Shown: positions 27,171 to 38,201, numbered from the stretch's first letter. The stretch is DNA of 64,000 bases from Bacteroidia bacterium (GCA_026391555.1 JAPLEB010000057.1:17934-81933), one strand, 5' to 3'. The notes: generated by a model from the letters alone, not told the origin. Translations and numbers: made by a program.

Positions 27171-30100
27171 ATGAGGGAATCTGTTTTACTTGCCTTAATT
27201 CACATTTTTGCAATCGTTTCGACAATCAATCCTTCCGGAATTTCATCGAGAGGTAAAAAGATACTGCGCAGCTACCTCAGAAGATATCTTAACAGGGAGC
27301 TTGAGGAAGAATACTATACGCTATTCGAAAATAATCTTGAGTTTTATTCCAATGAACTTAAAAGTGTTGACAAAGCAGAGCTGTCAGATGACGGTTCTCT
27401 TATATCATTCCAGATAACAAATATCTGCCGGCAAATCAAAAAAGGGTTATTCCTCGAAGAGAGGATGATCGTTTTTCTTCAGCTTATAGAGTTTGCGTTT
27501 GAAGATGGAATGATTTCCGAACAGGAAAAGACAATTATAGACATTGTTTCGAGGACATTTAATATTTCTAAAAAGGAATATGATAATGCCACAGCCTTCA
27601 TGATAGGCAGAGCATACGATGATGTATCACCCGAGTGTATTCTCATAATTGAAAGTGATAATCCTAAATTTTCCGGAGCCGATATTTATAAAAATTATGA
27701 CAAGTGGCGGCATATCAGGATAAAAGGTTTCAAAGGCCACCTGGTTGTATTGCATATTGAAAGTACAGGAACACTTCTTTTTACTTACGACGGATCACAG
27801 GTTTTGTATTTTAAAGGAAGAGATATTATAGCGTGCAGGCCTTATCTCCTTGACCGTGGTGTTAATATAAAGGGGCCGGGAATTGATCCTGTTTACTATT
27901 CGAAAATTTTCAAAAAATTCGTTTCAAGAAAATTTCCTGAAAAGATATTATTTGAGGGACATGAAATTGAATTCCAGTTCAAGAACTCTGAAAACGGACT
28001 TAAGAAAATGAATTTCAGGGTCGAATCGGGCAACCTGATCGGTATAATGGGAGGCAGCGGCGTGGGGAAAACCACAATGCTTAATTTACTTCATGGCAAG
28101 ATTAAACCTACATCGGGGAACCTCTACATAAATGGTTATGACATAAATTCTGATTCAGAAGAATTGAAAGGGCTGATAGGATTTGTCCCGCAGGATGATA
28201 TGCTTATAGAGGAACTTACCGTATATCAGAATCTCTATTTTAATGCCCGGTTATGTTTTGGCGATTATAATGAAGTGCTGTTAAAAAACACTGTTGATAA
28301 GGTTCTCCAGGATCTTGACCTCTTTGAAATAAAGGAACTTCAGGTTGGAGATATAATGAATAAGAAGGTGAGTGGAGGTCAGCGGAAGCGGCTTAACATT
28401 GGTCTTGAACTTATGCGCGAACCTGTAGTATTATTTATAGATGAGCCAACGTCAGGATTATCCTCTTTCGATTCAGAAAAGGTAATGATTTTGTTAAGGA
28501 ATCAAGCTTTACAAGGGAAGCTGGTTTTTGCAATAATTCACCAGCCCTCCTCAGATATTATCAAGATGTTCGACAGGCTATGGCTGCTTGATAAAGGTGG
28601 TTATATGATCTACGATGGAGATCCTGTTGAAGCTTTGGTTTATTTCAAAACAGAAACCTCGCAGGCAAATGCTGCTGAAAGTGAATGCCCGAATTGCGGA
28701 AATGTTGAAACGGATAACATCCTGCATATTATTGAGGTTAAGGTTATTGATAATTCAGGTTACCCTGGTAAAGAGAGGCAGATCAGCCCGAAGGAGTGGA
28801 ACGAAAAATATAAAAAAATGATGATGCCTGTTCTTGGGGACATGCCCTCAAAAACAGTAATACCTCCAAGTAACTTCAGAGTTCCGAACAAGACCGATCA
28901 GATCAGAACATTTATTAAACGAAACCTTACCCGAAAGCTGGCCGACCGGCAATATATGATAATTAATCTTCTTGAAGCCCCTCTGCTGGCATTCATACTC
29001 GGGTATATTTCAAAATTCAGCGAGAACGGAGTATACAGCTTTGCAAATAACAAGAATTACCCGGTATTTCTCTTCATGGCAGTTATCGTTGCCCTTTTTA
29101 TAGGACTGACTGTGAGTGCAGAAGAGATTTTCAGGGACAGAAAAATCCTTGAAAGAGAGAAATTCCTGAATTTAAGCAGATTAAGTTATCTTCTATCAAA
29201 GATAAACTTCCTGTTTGCTTTATCAGCAATCCAATCCTTATCATTTGTCCTGGTCGCAAACTCGATTCTCGAAGTACGGGGCATGCTCTTCCAACAATGG
29301 CTGATCCTCTTCTCGACTGCCTGTTTCGGTAACCTGCTGGGATTGAATATTTCTGCCGGCATGCGAACAGCTGTCAGCATATATATCCTTATTCCACTGA
29401 TCCTTGTGCCTCAGCTTCTGCTTGGAGGCGCCATGATAAAATTTGATGACCTTCACAAATCAATCAGCAAAAAGATTTATGTACCGGTTGCAGGAGATAT
29501 AATGGTTACCCGCTGGGCATACGAAGCAATGACCGTAGAAGAATTTAAAAGCAATAAGTTTGAAAAGCCTTTTTTTAAATATGATATGGAAATAAGTCAG
29601 AATGACTGGTACGCTTCATTTCTCCTGCCTACTTTGAAAGTTAAAGTCGACGAGTGCATGACTGCAGGGAAAAACCCTGAATACCGGGCATACTATGAAA
29701 ATAACTTTGAAAAAATTAATTATCATATAAATGACCTTTCATCTTTATCAGGTATTAAACCCGGTAAATGGATAAGTAGTATGAATTACCGGGGATTCAA
29801 TGAAATTGTTGCTGATGATGCAAAAATGTTTCTTGATAGCGTAAAGTCCTCATTCAGAATGAAAAACAGAATAGTCTCATATAAGCGTGATTCGATATAC
29901 AAACAGATTGCCGGCAGTATGGGAGAGGATCAGTTCATTAAGATGAGGGGGAAAGATTATAATGAAAACCTTGCAAATTATCTACTTAACAGGCTAACTA
30001 TCAGTAAAATATATGATGCTGAAGATAGGCTTATTCAAAAAGCTGATCCGGTTTTCATGCGCCCCGGATCAAAATTCGGACGGGCTCATTTTTTTGCTCC

Positions 30101-30284
30101 TTATAAACAAATTGGTGATCTGAAGGTTGGGACTCTGATGTTTAATATTATCACGATCTGGTTAATGATCTTCTTCCTGTTTGTTACATTATACTATAAC
30201 ATCCTCAGGCGTTTTATTGCATTTCTTGAATCGCTGAAATTGCCTATATTGAGAAAGTTCGGAAGGGAACTTCTGCAATTTTAG
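27171..30284 (+). CDS. Multidomain ABC transporter: TerB-like N-domain + unknown beta domain + ABC ATPase + ABC-2 (ABCG-like) membrane domain + long C-terminal extension
   Basis: The TerB-like segment ..FAFEDGMISEQEKTIIDIVSRTFNISKKEYDNA lies at aa ~100-140. ABC motifs are Walker A GGSGVGKTT (aa 294-302), signature VSGGQRKR (aa 400-407) and Walker B VLFIDEPTSGL. TM helices span aa ~590-790, with a final one near aa 985-1010. Confidence 0.75.
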   Translation: MRESVLLALIHIFAIVSTINPSGISSRGKKILRSYLRRYLNRELEEEYYTLFENNLEFYSNELKSVDKAELSDDGSLISFQITNICRQIKKGLFLEERMIVFLQLIEFAFEDGMISEQEKTIIDIVSRTFNISKKEYDNATAFMIGRAYDDVSPECILIIESDNPKFSGADIYKNYDKWRHIRIKGFKGHLVVLHIESTGTLLFTYDGSQVLYFKGRDIIACRPYLLDRGVNIKGPGIDPVYYSKIFKKFVSRKFPEKILFEGHEIEFQFKNSENGLKKMNFRVESGNLIGIMGGSGVGKTTMLNLLHGKIKPTSGNLYINGYDINSDSEELKGLIGFVPQDDMLIEELTVYQNLYFNARLCFGDYNEVLLKNTVDKVLQDLDLFEIKELQVGDIMNKKVSGGQRKRLNIGLELMREPVVLFIDEPTSGLSSFDSEKVMILLRNQALQGKLVFAIIHQPSSDIIKMFDRLWLLDKGGYMIYDGDPVEALVYFKTETSQANAAESECPNCGNVETDNILHIIEVKVIDNSGYPGKERQISPKEWNEKYKKMMMPVLGDMPSKTVIPPSNFRVPNKTDQIRTFIKRNLTRKLADRQYMIINLLEAPLLAFILGYISKFSENGVYSFANNKNYPVFLFMAVIVALFIGLTVSAEEIFRDRKILEREKFLNLSRLSYLLSKINFLFALSAIQSLSFVLVANSILEVRGMLFQQWLILFSTACFGNLLGLNISAGMRTAVSIYILIPLILVPQLLLGGAMIKFDDLHKSISKKIYVPVAGDIMVTRWAYEAMTVEEFKSNKFEKPFFKYDMEISQNDWYASFLLPTLKVKVDECMTAGKNPEYRAYYENNFEKINYHINDLSSLSGIKPGKWISSMNYRGFNEIVADDAKMFLDSVKSSFRMKNRIVSYKRDSIYKQIAGSMGEDQFIKMRGKDYNENLANYLLNRLTISKIYDAEDRLIQKADPVFMRPGSKFGRAHFFAPYKQIGDLKVGTLMFNIITIWLMIFFLFVTLYYNILRRFIAFLESLKLPILRKFGRELLQF

Positions 30285-30312
30285 GTTTAGCTATTAATTA
30301 TTCTCCCGGAAT

Positions 30313-31095
30313 ATGGGTAAGGTACATCCAAAAAAAAACCTTGGGCAACATTTTCTTAATGATACAGGTATTGCCTGCAAAATTGCCTCTTCCCTCACGG
30401 GTGAAGGATACGGTACAGTTCTTGAGATTGGACCAGGAATGGGAATACTTACAGGGTACCTGATGGAGAGAGGATTTCATGATTTCAGAGTTATTGAAAT
30501 AGATAACGAGTCGGTACATTATCTTCATACGCACTTTCCGGAACTGAAGAGCATAATTACAGGTGATTTCCTCTCAATGGATATTGATTTCTTCTTTCCT
30601 GAACAGATGGCTATTATCGGAAATTTCCCCTATAACATTTCAACACAGATATTTTTTAAGGTTTTGAAACATCGTGAAAAGGTGGTTGAGATAACCGGAA
30701 TGTTACAGAAGGAAGTTGCTGAAAGGATTTGTGCCGGGCCCGGTTCAAAGACTTACGGTATTCTGAGTGTTCTTCTCCAGGCATTTTACAAAACGGAATA
30801 TCTCTTTACAGTATCGGAATCTGTTTTTTTACCTCCTCCGAAAGTAAAATCAGGAGTAATCAGGTTAATAAGAAATGATGTTAAGAGCCTTGACTGTGAC
30901 GAGATACTGTTTTTCAGGGTTGTAAAAGCCTGCTTTAATCAGCGCAGGAAAATATTAAGAAACTCAGTGAGAGCAGCATTTGCTCTGAACCGTGACGATT
31001 ATCATGACTTCGGTCTGAGGCCCGAGCAATTATCCGTTGATCAGTTTGTTCAACTGACAAGATGGATAGAAGAGAACAGAGTAATATCAGAATGA
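30313..31095 (+). CDS. rsmA: 16S rRNA (adenine1518/1519-N6)-dimethyltransferase
   Basis: KKNLGQHFL, the SAM motif VLEIGPGMG, and NFPYNIS. 260 aa. Confidence 0.9.
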   Translation: MGKVHPKKNLGQHFLNDTGIACKIASSLTGEGYGTVLEIGPGMGILTGYLMERGFHDFRVIEIDNESVHYLHTHFPELKSIITGDFLSMDIDFFFPEQMAIIGNFPYNISTQIFFKVLKHREKVVEITGMLQKEVAERICAGPGSKTYGILSVLLQAFYKTEYLFTVSESVFLPPPKVKSGVIRLIRNDVKSLDCDEILFFRVVKACFNQRRKILRNSVRAAFALNRDDYHDFGLRPEQLSVDQFVQLTRWIEENRVISE

Positions 31096-32334
31096 AAAGC
31101 CTATTGCTTCAACCGGATTCATTTTAGCTGCAGCATAAGCCGGAGCATAACCGGCTACCACACCTATAATTCCAGAAATGAATATTGCAAGAAACACATT
31201 AGCCATAGTCAGATAAATATTCAGATCGTATAGGTAATTTATAACAATAGTGGCAATAAATATCATTAATACTCCCAGAATTCCGCCAATTACTGAAAGG
31301 AGAACTGACTCAACCAGGAACTGTTGAAGAATGAAAAATCTTTTTGCACCAAGAGCTTTCTGAATACCAATAATATTTGTTCTTTCCCTGACGGAAACAA
31401 ACATGATATTCGCGATTCCGAAACCACCTACAAGTATAGAAAATCCACCTATAACCCAGCCGCCAACATTAATTCCGGCAAAAACAGCATCAAAACTCTG
31501 CGAAATAAGACTTGCCCTGTTTATTGAAAAATTATTTATCTCATCAGGTTGAAGTCTTCTTGCAGCTCTTAAAATCATTGTTGTCTCATCACTTAGTTCC
31601 TGCACCGGGACTCCCTCTTTTGCCTTGATAATAAGGTTTGCATCAAGAAAATTATTCTTCATATTTATGAAAGTTTTCGCATAATTTAGTGGAACAAGTG
31701 TCATCTCATCCATCCCGCTGTCGCTTATTCCACCTTTGCCTTCCTTTTTAAATAAACCAATAACAAAGGCTTTTTTCCCATCAATAGTTATCTGTTTGCC
31801 AACAGGATCGGCCTTTTCAAATAACCTTTCCGCAATTACAGCCCCGACTATCGCGACATTTTTACCTGAAGCCGATTCTTCGGGAGAGAAGTAGCGGCCA
31901 TTCTCGATTTCAAATGATCTTATATTCTCAAATTCGTGTGTAACTGCCCATATCGTAGCATCATTCGCGAGATTCTTTTTGTATTTTATCTGTTTTGACT
32001 GCATAACAGAAAAACAGGTTGATTCTGTTTTTGTAGATCTGTTCAGAATAGCCTGATAATCATTTTTCGAAATTGCCGGCCATTTAATGATATCCCACCA
32101 GGGTAGATCAGGAACGTAAGCCCATGGCCATTTATCAACATAAATCACATTGTCTCCGAGAGTGGAAATGCTATCTCTTATTGATTTTTCCATCCAATCA
32201 AGTACTGTGAATACTGAAATGATCGAAAAAATGCCGATAGTAATTCCGAAAAGTGAAAGGAAAGTTCTTAACTTGTTAACAATAATAGAGTTAAAAGCGA
32301 AAATGAAACCCTCTTTAAGAAGCCTGAAAAACAT
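31087..32334 (-). CDS. ABC transporter permease, FtsX/MacB-like
   Basis: 415 aa. An N-terminal TM helix, a large periplasmic domain, and a C-terminal FtsX domain of three TM helices (..[15 protein letters not shown]..). Confidence 0.8.
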   Translation of the reverse strand: MFFRLLKEGFIFAFNSIIVNKLRTFLSLFGITIGIFSIISVFTVLDWMEKSIRDSISTLGDNVIYVDKWPWAYVPDLPWWDIIKWPAISKNDYQAILNRSTKTESTCFSVMQSKQIKYKKNLANDATIWAVTHEFENIRSFEIENGRYFSPEESASGKNVAIVGAVIAERLFEKADPVGKQITIDGKKAFVIGLFKKEGKGGISDSGMDEMTLVPLNYAKTFINMKNNFLDANLIIKAKEGVPVQELSDETTMILRAARRLQPDEINNFSINRASLISQSFDAVFAGINVGGWVIGGFSILVGGFGIANIMFVSVRERTNIIGIQKALGAKRFFILQQFLVESVLLSVIGGILGVLMIFIATIVINYLYDLNIYLTMANVFLAIFISGIIGVVAGYAPAYAAAKMNPVEAIGFSF

Positions 32335-32353
32335 ATTATTATTTATTGAGGGT

Positions 32354-32361
32354 CAAATATA
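32354..32361 (-). promoter_or_regulatory. Candidate -7 box for the FtsX-like permease gene
   Basis: The plus strand reads CAAATATA, which is TATATTTG on the minus strand, 19 nt upstream of the ATG at 32334. Confidence 0.3.
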
Positions 32362-32475
32362 CGAAAATCATTAATTGCTGATATTCATTTTTATAATATG
32401 TTGAGGTTATTAAAAAAATATCTATTTTTAAACGCCTTAACAGGGATATCCAAAGACGATCGTAATTATCATATA

Positions 32476-33999
32476 ATGAGTGACAAAAGAATCCATAGTG
32501 CTCTGATTTCAGTTTTTTATAAGGAGGGATTAGCCGATATTGTCAGAAAGCTCCACAAATTGAACGTGAAAATTTATTCTACAGGAGGCACTTTCAGCTT
32601 TATAAATGATCTTGGCATACCAGCAGAAAAAGTTGAAGATCTTACTACTTACCCTTCAATTCTGGGTGGCAGGGTTAAAACATTTCATCCTTCCGTTTTT
32701 GGAGGAATACTGGCCAGAAGGGAAAACAAGGAGGATATTGAGCAGCTTTCAAAATATAAAATTCCTGAAATAGATCTCGTGATTGTAGATCTTTATCCTT
32801 TTGAAGAAACTTTGAATTCGGTTGATATTGAGGAGGAGATTATTGAAAAAATAGATATCGGAGGTATCTCACTTATAAGAGCTGCAGCAAAAAACTACAA
32901 TGATGTTCTTATTGTTTCCGGAAGAGAACAATACCCCGATCTTCTTGTACTGTTAAATGAAAAAAAAGGATTTACATCTGTTGCTGAAAGACGGCATTAT
33001 GCCGCCAAAGCATTTCAGACATCATCTCATTACGATACTGCAATCTTCAATTATTTCAACAGGGTCTCAGCCATTCCTGTTTTCAGAGAGAGTATCAATT
33101 CATCTTATCCTTTGCGTTATGGAGAAAATCCGCATCAGCAAGGGATATTCTATGGTGCCCCTGAACAGATTTTCGACAAGCTTCATGGTAAGGAGTTATC
33201 ATATAATAACCTGCTTGACCTTGATGCAGCTCTGAACCTAATTGATGAGTTTAAGGAAACAACTTTTGTAATAATCAAACATAACAATGCGTGTGGTGTT
33301 GCTTCGCGAAAAAACCCTCCGGATGCCTGGAAAGATGCTCTGGCGTGCGATCCGGTATCAGCATTCGGCGGTGTTATTGTTACCAACACTCCGGTTGATG
33401 AAGTGACTGCTTCAGAAATTGATAAGTTATTTTTTGAAATCATTATAGCTCCGGGGTTTTCAGAATCAGCTCTGTCTGTTCTTAAGAAAAAAAAGAACAG
33501 GATAATTCTCCTGAGAAAAGAATCAGACAAGAAAAATTATGGATTCAGATCATTGCTCAACGGGGTCCTCTGGCAGCAGCGAGATACCAGCACAGAGTCT
33601 GCAAATGACATGAAACCTGTAACGAAAAAAACTCCTCTTCCGCAAGAATTCAACGACCTGGTGTTTGCCAATATTATTGTAAAACACAGCAAATCGAATG
33701 CTATTGTACTGGTAAAAAATAACCAGTTGTGCGCCAGCGGTATTGGGCAAACATCGAGGGTGGATGCATTAAAACAGGCTATTGAAAAAGCACGAACATT
33801 CGGATTTGATCTGAATGGTTCTGTTCTGGCATCCGATGCTTTTTTCCCTTTTGCCGACAGTGTTGAGATAGCTTGTAATGCGGGTATAACTGCTATTGTG
33901 CAACCCGGGGGATCAGTAAGAGATCAGGAATCGATTGATTACTGTTCAGCACACGGAATCGCGATGGTATTTACAGGAATAAGACATTTTAAACATTAA
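32476..33999 (+). CDS. purH: Bifunctional AICAR transformylase / IMP cyclohydrolase
   Basis: ALISVFYKEG.., GGTFSFI, YGENPHQ and VQPGGSVRD. The ORF track starts at 32398; the ATG at 32476 (MSDKRIHSALISV) fits the usual PurH N-terminus. Confidence 0.9.
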   Translation: MSDKRIHSALISVFYKEGLADIVRKLHKLNVKIYSTGGTFSFINDLGIPAEKVEDLTTYPSILGGRVKTFHPSVFGGILARRENKEDIEQLSKYKIPEIDLVIVDLYPFEETLNSVDIEEEIIEKIDIGGISLIRAAAKNYNDVLIVSGREQYPDLLVLLNEKKGFTSVAERRHYAAKAFQTSSHYDTAIFNYFNRVSAIPVFRESINSSYPLRYGENPHQQGIFYGAPEQIFDKLHGKELSYNNLLDLDAALNLIDEFKETTFVIIKHNNACGVASRKNPPDAWKDALACDPVSAFGGVIVTNTPVDEVTASEIDKLFFEIIIAPGFSESALSVLKKKKNRIILLRKESDKKNYGFRSLLNGVLWQQRDTSTESANDMKPVTKKTPLPQEFNDLVFANIIVKHSKSNAIVLVKNNQLCASGIGQTSRVDALKQAIEKARTFGFDLNGSVLASDAFFPFADSVEIACNAGITAIVQPGGSVRDQESIDYCSAHGIAMVFTGIRHFKH

Positions 34000-34026
34000 A
34001 ATACTAACAAATTAATCATCTCATTA

Positions 34027-35049
34027 ATGGGACTATTTTCATTCTTAACACAGGAGATTGCAATGGATCTGGGAACAGCAAACACCGTCATCATTCATAA
34101 TGATAAAGTTGTTGTTGATGAACCTTCGATAGTGGCAATTGATAAAAATACAGGGAAGTTGATTGCAATAGGTGAAAAGGCAAGGCTGATGCATGGCAAG
34201 ACACATGAAAATATTACGACAATACGGCCTTTACGCGATGGGGTAATAGCCGATTTCAATGCTGCCGAACTTATGATAAGGGGAATGATAAAGATGATTG
34301 ATAAGGGCCCGCGCCTTTTCTCCCCATCTCTGAAGATGGTAGTTTGCATACCATCGGGCAGCACCGAGGTAGAAATACGTGCAGTACGCGATTCATCGGA
34401 ACATGCAGGCGGACGTGATGTATATATGATTTATGAACCTATGGCTGCTGCGATAGGAATTGGCCTTGATGTTGAAGCTCCCGAAGGTTGTATGGTGATT
34501 GATATCGGAGGAGGCACTTCCGAAATAGCAGTGATTGCTCTCGGGGGTATCGTTTGCAATAAATCAATCAGAATTGCCGGAGATGGATTTACAGCAGATA
34601 TTCAGGCATATATGCGTCACCAACATAATATAAAAATTGGAGAACGGACAGCAGAAGACATTAAGATCATGGTAGGCGCCGCTCTTCCCGATATAGAAAA
34701 TCCTCCGGCTGATTTTGTCGTAAGAGGACCAAATATTATGACAGCCCTCCCGATAGAAATACCAATTTCTTACCAGGAAATTGCTTACTGTCTTGATAAA
34801 TCGCTATCCAAAGTAGAAGCAGCACTGTTAAGTGTTCTCGAGCAAACGCCACCTGAACTCTATGCTGATATTGTTAACAAGGGAATCTTTATGGCCGGTG
34901 GAGGAGCTTTACTCAGAGGTCTTGACAAAAGACTGACCGATAAGATCAACATAAAATTCAATGTTGTTGAAGATCCTTTGCATGCAGTTGTACGTGGTAC
35001 CGGGGTTGCCCTGAAAAATGTTGATAAGTTTCAATTTCTGATGAGATAA
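34027..35049 (+). CDS. mreB: Rod shape-determining protein MreB
   Basis: IAMDLGTANTVI, EPMAAAIG and DIGGGTSEIAVI. 340 aa. Confidence 0.95.
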   Translation: MGLFSFLTQEIAMDLGTANTVIIHNDKVVVDEPSIVAIDKNTGKLIAIGEKARLMHGKTHENITTIRPLRDGVIADFNAAELMIRGMIKMIDKGPRLFSPSLKMVVCIPSGSTEVEIRAVRDSSEHAGGRDVYMIYEPMAAAIGIGLDVEAPEGCMVIDIGGGTSEIAVIALGGIVCNKSIRIAGDGFTADIQAYMRHQHNIKIGERTAEDIKIMVGAALPDIENPPADFVVRGPNIMTALPIEIPISYQEIAYCLDKSLSKVEAALLSVLEQTPPELYADIVNKGIFMAGGGALLRGLDKRLTDKINIKFNVVEDPLHAVVRGTGVALKNVDKFQFLMR

Positions 35050-35062
35050 TTCAAATGGGTGA

Positions 35063-35884
35063 ATGAGGAGTCTGCTGAATTTTTTAGCGAGATACGATAA
35101 TCTGATCATATTTCTTATTCTCGAAGGAATAACAATTTATTTACTGGCTTCGGGCAATAATTATCAAAACACACGTGTTGTGAATGGAATCAGAAGCCTG
35201 ACACATGGAATTGAAGAGAAAATTAACAATACCCGTACATATCTTAATCTTCGTGAAATCAATGAAAATCTTGCAGCGGAAAATATTGCTCTGAGGAACA
35301 GTATAGGGCGATTGGTCAAAAGGGAGAATTCGCTTTTTTTTTCTGTTTCTGACTCCATCTACCGGCAACAATACCTTCATACACCTGCTGAAGTCATTGA
35401 TAATTCAATAAACCGGCAAAAGAATTTTTTTACGCTTAATAAGGGTCGAAGTCAGGGTGTGGAAGTTGAGATGGCTGTTACTTCTGGCGAATCTGTTGCA
35501 GGAGTGATTGTAGGATGCTCCGAAAACTTCTCCGTTGCTATGTCTCTGCTTAACATTGATTTCAGATTAAGCGCCAGGATTAAATCTAATGGGTATTTCG
35601 GATCACTAAGCTGGGACGGGAGGGATTACCGTAATGCAGTCCTTTCGGAAATTCCACAGCATGTTACAGTAAATGTGGGCGATACCATTGAAACTACGGG
35701 ATATTCAGCAATTTTTCCTGAAGGTATTATGATCGGTACGGTAAGTGATTATGAAAAAAAAGGTGGAGATTTTTATATAATAGCGGTTACAATGCAAACC
35801 GATTTTAAAAAAATACATTTTGTGGATATAATCGGCAATATGAAGAAGACCGAGCAACTTGACCTTGAAAAATTATTTCAATGA
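35063..35884 (+). CDS. mreC: Rod shape-determining protein MreC
   Basis: An N-terminal TM helix, a coiled coil (LREINENLAAENIALRN) and beta-barrel domains. Positioned between mreB and mreD. Confidence 0.85.
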   Translation: MRSLLNFLARYDNLIIFLILEGITIYLLASGNNYQNTRVVNGIRSLTHGIEEKINNTRTYLNLREINENLAAENIALRNSIGRLVKRENSLFFSVSDSIYRQQYLHTPAEVIDNSINRQKNFFTLNKGRSQGVEVEMAVTSGESVAGVIVGCSENFSVAMSLLNIDFRLSARIKSNGYFGSLSWDGRDYRNAVLSEIPQHVTVNVGDTIETTGYSAIFPEGIMIGTVSDYEKKGGDFYIIAVTMQTDFKKIHFVDIIGNMKKTEQLDLEKLFQ

Positions 35885-36387
35885 TCAACTCAATTTTACG
35901 ATTTGTTCTTATTTTTATTCTTCTGATCCTGCTTCAGATTCTGTTATTTAACAATATTCAGTTCAGCGGGTATGTTAATCCGTATGTCTATCTGATGTTC
36001 ATTCTTCTTTTACCTGTTGAAATACCATCATGGGTATTACTTCTCCTTTCATTCGCTACCGGTCTGGTGATGGATATCTTTTCAGGTTCTGCGGGTATGC
36101 ATACTTCTGCAACTGTACTTGCCGGATTTGTCAGACCTTATGTTCTCAGGTTAATATCACCCAGGGATGGCTATGAAACAGGGTCGGATCCGTCGATGGT
36201 TACTTATGGGTTCAGATGGTTCTTTACATACGTATTATTAATAGTGTTAGTTCATCATACAACTCTTTTTTACCTTGAAGTATTCCGGTTTGCTGATTTC
36301 TTCAGAACAATGCTTAGAGTACTGTTAAGTTCACTGTTTACAGTAACTTTTATTCTTCTCATTGAATATTACAGGAGAGGCAAATAA
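35881..36387 (+). CDS. mreD: Rod shape-determining protein MreD
   Basis: 168-aa polytopic membrane protein. ATGA overlap with the mreC stop, in the canonical position. Confidence 0.7.
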   Translation: MINSILRFVLIFILLILLQILLFNNIQFSGYVNPYVYLMFILLLPVEIPSWVLLLLSFATGLVMDIFSGSAGMHTSATVLAGFVRPYVLRLISPRDGYETGSDPSMVTYGFRWFFTYVLLIVLVHHTTLFYLEVFRFADFFRTMLRVLLSSLFTVTFILLIEYYRRGK

Positions 36388-36398
36388 TTGAATCAATT

Positions 36399-38201
36399 AT
36401 GAAAGATGCATTTATTAACAGGAAATACGTGATTATTGCGCTTATTGTACTGGCATCTCTGGGTTTGATAATCAGATTGTTCATAATACAGGTTGTAAAA
36501 GATTCATACAGGCTCTCCGCAGATAACAATGTTCTCAGGTATGTAACTCAGTATCCCGCCCGTGGTCTTATCTATGACAGGAACGGGAAGCTGATAGTAT
36601 TTAACCAGGCGGCTTATGATCTGATGGTCGTACCTGCTCAGACCTCTAAACTTGACACAACGGAGTTTTGTAACCTCCTTGAGATAAGCCGTGATTTTTT
36701 GATGGAACGCATGAAATCGGCAATAAACTACTCAAGGCGTGCCCCATCAGTGTTTCTGAAGCAGATTTCAGATGCTACTTATGCAAGGTTTCAGGAAAAG
36801 ATGTTCACATACCCTGGTTTTTATGTCCAGCCCAGAACATTGCGGAAGTATTCAAAACCGGTGGCATCACATGTTCTTGGATATGTCAGTGAGGTTGATG
36901 ATGGTATTGTCAGGAAAAACATATATTATAAACCCGGTGATTACATCGGGAAGAGCGGAATAGAAGAGGCTTACGAAAAAGAACTGCGCGGGGAAAGGGG
37001 AGTGAAAATATTTATGGTTGATGTATTCAGCCGTGTAAAAGGTTCTTATGCAGACGGAGACAAGGATACACTTGCTGTTCAGGGGTTGGATATTTTTTCC
37101 GCGATTGATCTGGATCTTCAGGCGTATGGTGAGCTCCTTATGAATAATAAAAGGGGCAGCATTGTTGCCATTGAGCCGAAAACAGGAGAAGTACTGACAC
37201 TTGTCTCTTCACCTGATTATGATCCGGGATTGCTTGTAGGAAGGGTAAGATCTGATAATTTTGCAAAGCTTCTGGCTGATACATTAGAGCCTTTGTATAA
37301 CAGGGCACTGATGGCCTCGTATCCTCCAGGTTCAACTTTTAAGCCTATAAATGGACTAATAGCGCTCCAGGAGCAGGTAATTTCACCTTCCACAATGTTT
37401 GGCTGCAACAATGGTTATCTTTTTGTGAGTTGCCATTCACATCAATCGCCTCTTAATCTGGAAGGTGCAATAATGAACTCATGCAATTCATATTTCTGCC
37501 AGGCGTACAGAAGAGTACTTGAAAATCCAAAGTATCTTTCTGTTTCATCAGCTTATGAAAAGTGGAAAGGGTATCTCAATGAGTTTGGTTTCGGGAATAA
37601 ACTGGGAACTGATTTTGTAAATGAACTCTCTGGCTTTATACCGGCCGGAAGTTATTACGACAAATACTACGGAAAAAGCAAATGGAAAGCGCTTACGATA
37701 ATTTCAATGGCAATCGGACAGGGTGAGGTTGGAACGACACCTCTGCAGATGGCAAATATGACTGCTGCTATAGCAAACAGAGGTTATTTTTATACACCTC
37801 ATATTGTAAAATCGATTGGGGCAGATCACACAATAGATAAACGATTCACGGTAAAGCACCTGATCAATATTGACTCTGCCAATTTTGAAGAAATTATTCT
37901 TGGGATGGAGGCAGCTGTAAATGGGGGAACTGCAACAGTTGCAGCTCTGAAAGATATTATTGTTTGTGGAAAGACCGGTACTGCTCAAAACCCCCATGGT
38001 AAAGATCACTCTGTATTCATCGCCTTTGCTCCAAAAGATGATCCTAAAATTGCTATTATGGTTGTTGTTGAGAATGCCGGTTTTGGAGCAACTTATGCTG
38101 CTCCCATTGCCAGCCTTATGATTGAAAAATATCTTAAAGGTGAAACAACAAACAAGGATCAGGAACAAAGCATGCTTAATCTTAACCTCATACAACAGTG
38201 A
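36399..38201 (+). CDS. mrdA: Penicillin-binding protein 2 (elongasome transpeptidase)
   Basis: PARGLIYDRNG, active site STFKP, SCN (the SxN motif) and KTGTA. 600 aa. Confidence 0.9.
   Translation: MKDAFINRKYVIIALIVLASLGLIIRLFIIQVVKDSYRLSADNNVLRYVTQYPARGLIYDRNGKLIVFNQAAYDLMVVPAQTSKLDTTEFCNLLEISRDFLMERMKSAINYSRRAPSVFLKQISDATYARFQEKMFTYPGFYVQPRTLRKYSKPVASHVLGYVSEVDDGIVRKNIYYKPGDYIGKSGIEEAYEKELRGERGVKIFMVDVFSRVKGSYADGDKDTLAVQGLDIFSAIDLDLQAYGELLMNNKRGSIVAIEPKTGEVLTLVSSPDYDPGLLVGRVRSDNFAKLLADTLEPLYNRALMASYPPGSTFKPINGLIALQEQVISPSTMFGCNNGYLFVSCHSHQSPLNLEGAIMNSCNSYFCQAYRRVLENPKYLSVSSAYEKWKGYLNEFGFGNKLGTDFVNELSGFIPAGSYYDKYYGKSKWKALTIISMAIGQGEVGTTPLQMANMTAAIANRGYFYTPHIVKSIGADHTIDKRFTVKHLINIDSANFEEIILGMEAAVNGGTATVAALKDIIVCGKTGTAQNPHGKDHSVFIAFAPKDDPKIAIMVVVENAGFGATYAAPIASLMIEKYLKGETTNKDQEQSMLNLNLIQQ

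Noticed and set aside
32398-32475. 26-codon N-terminal extension of purH. Similar ORF-track extensions occur for tatC (6091-6138), clpP (2889-2912), recJ (51927-51962) and lpxC-fabZ (60772-60780).
   Set aside because: The extensions are not part of the conserved N-termini of these families. Internal ATG codons give canonical protein starts.
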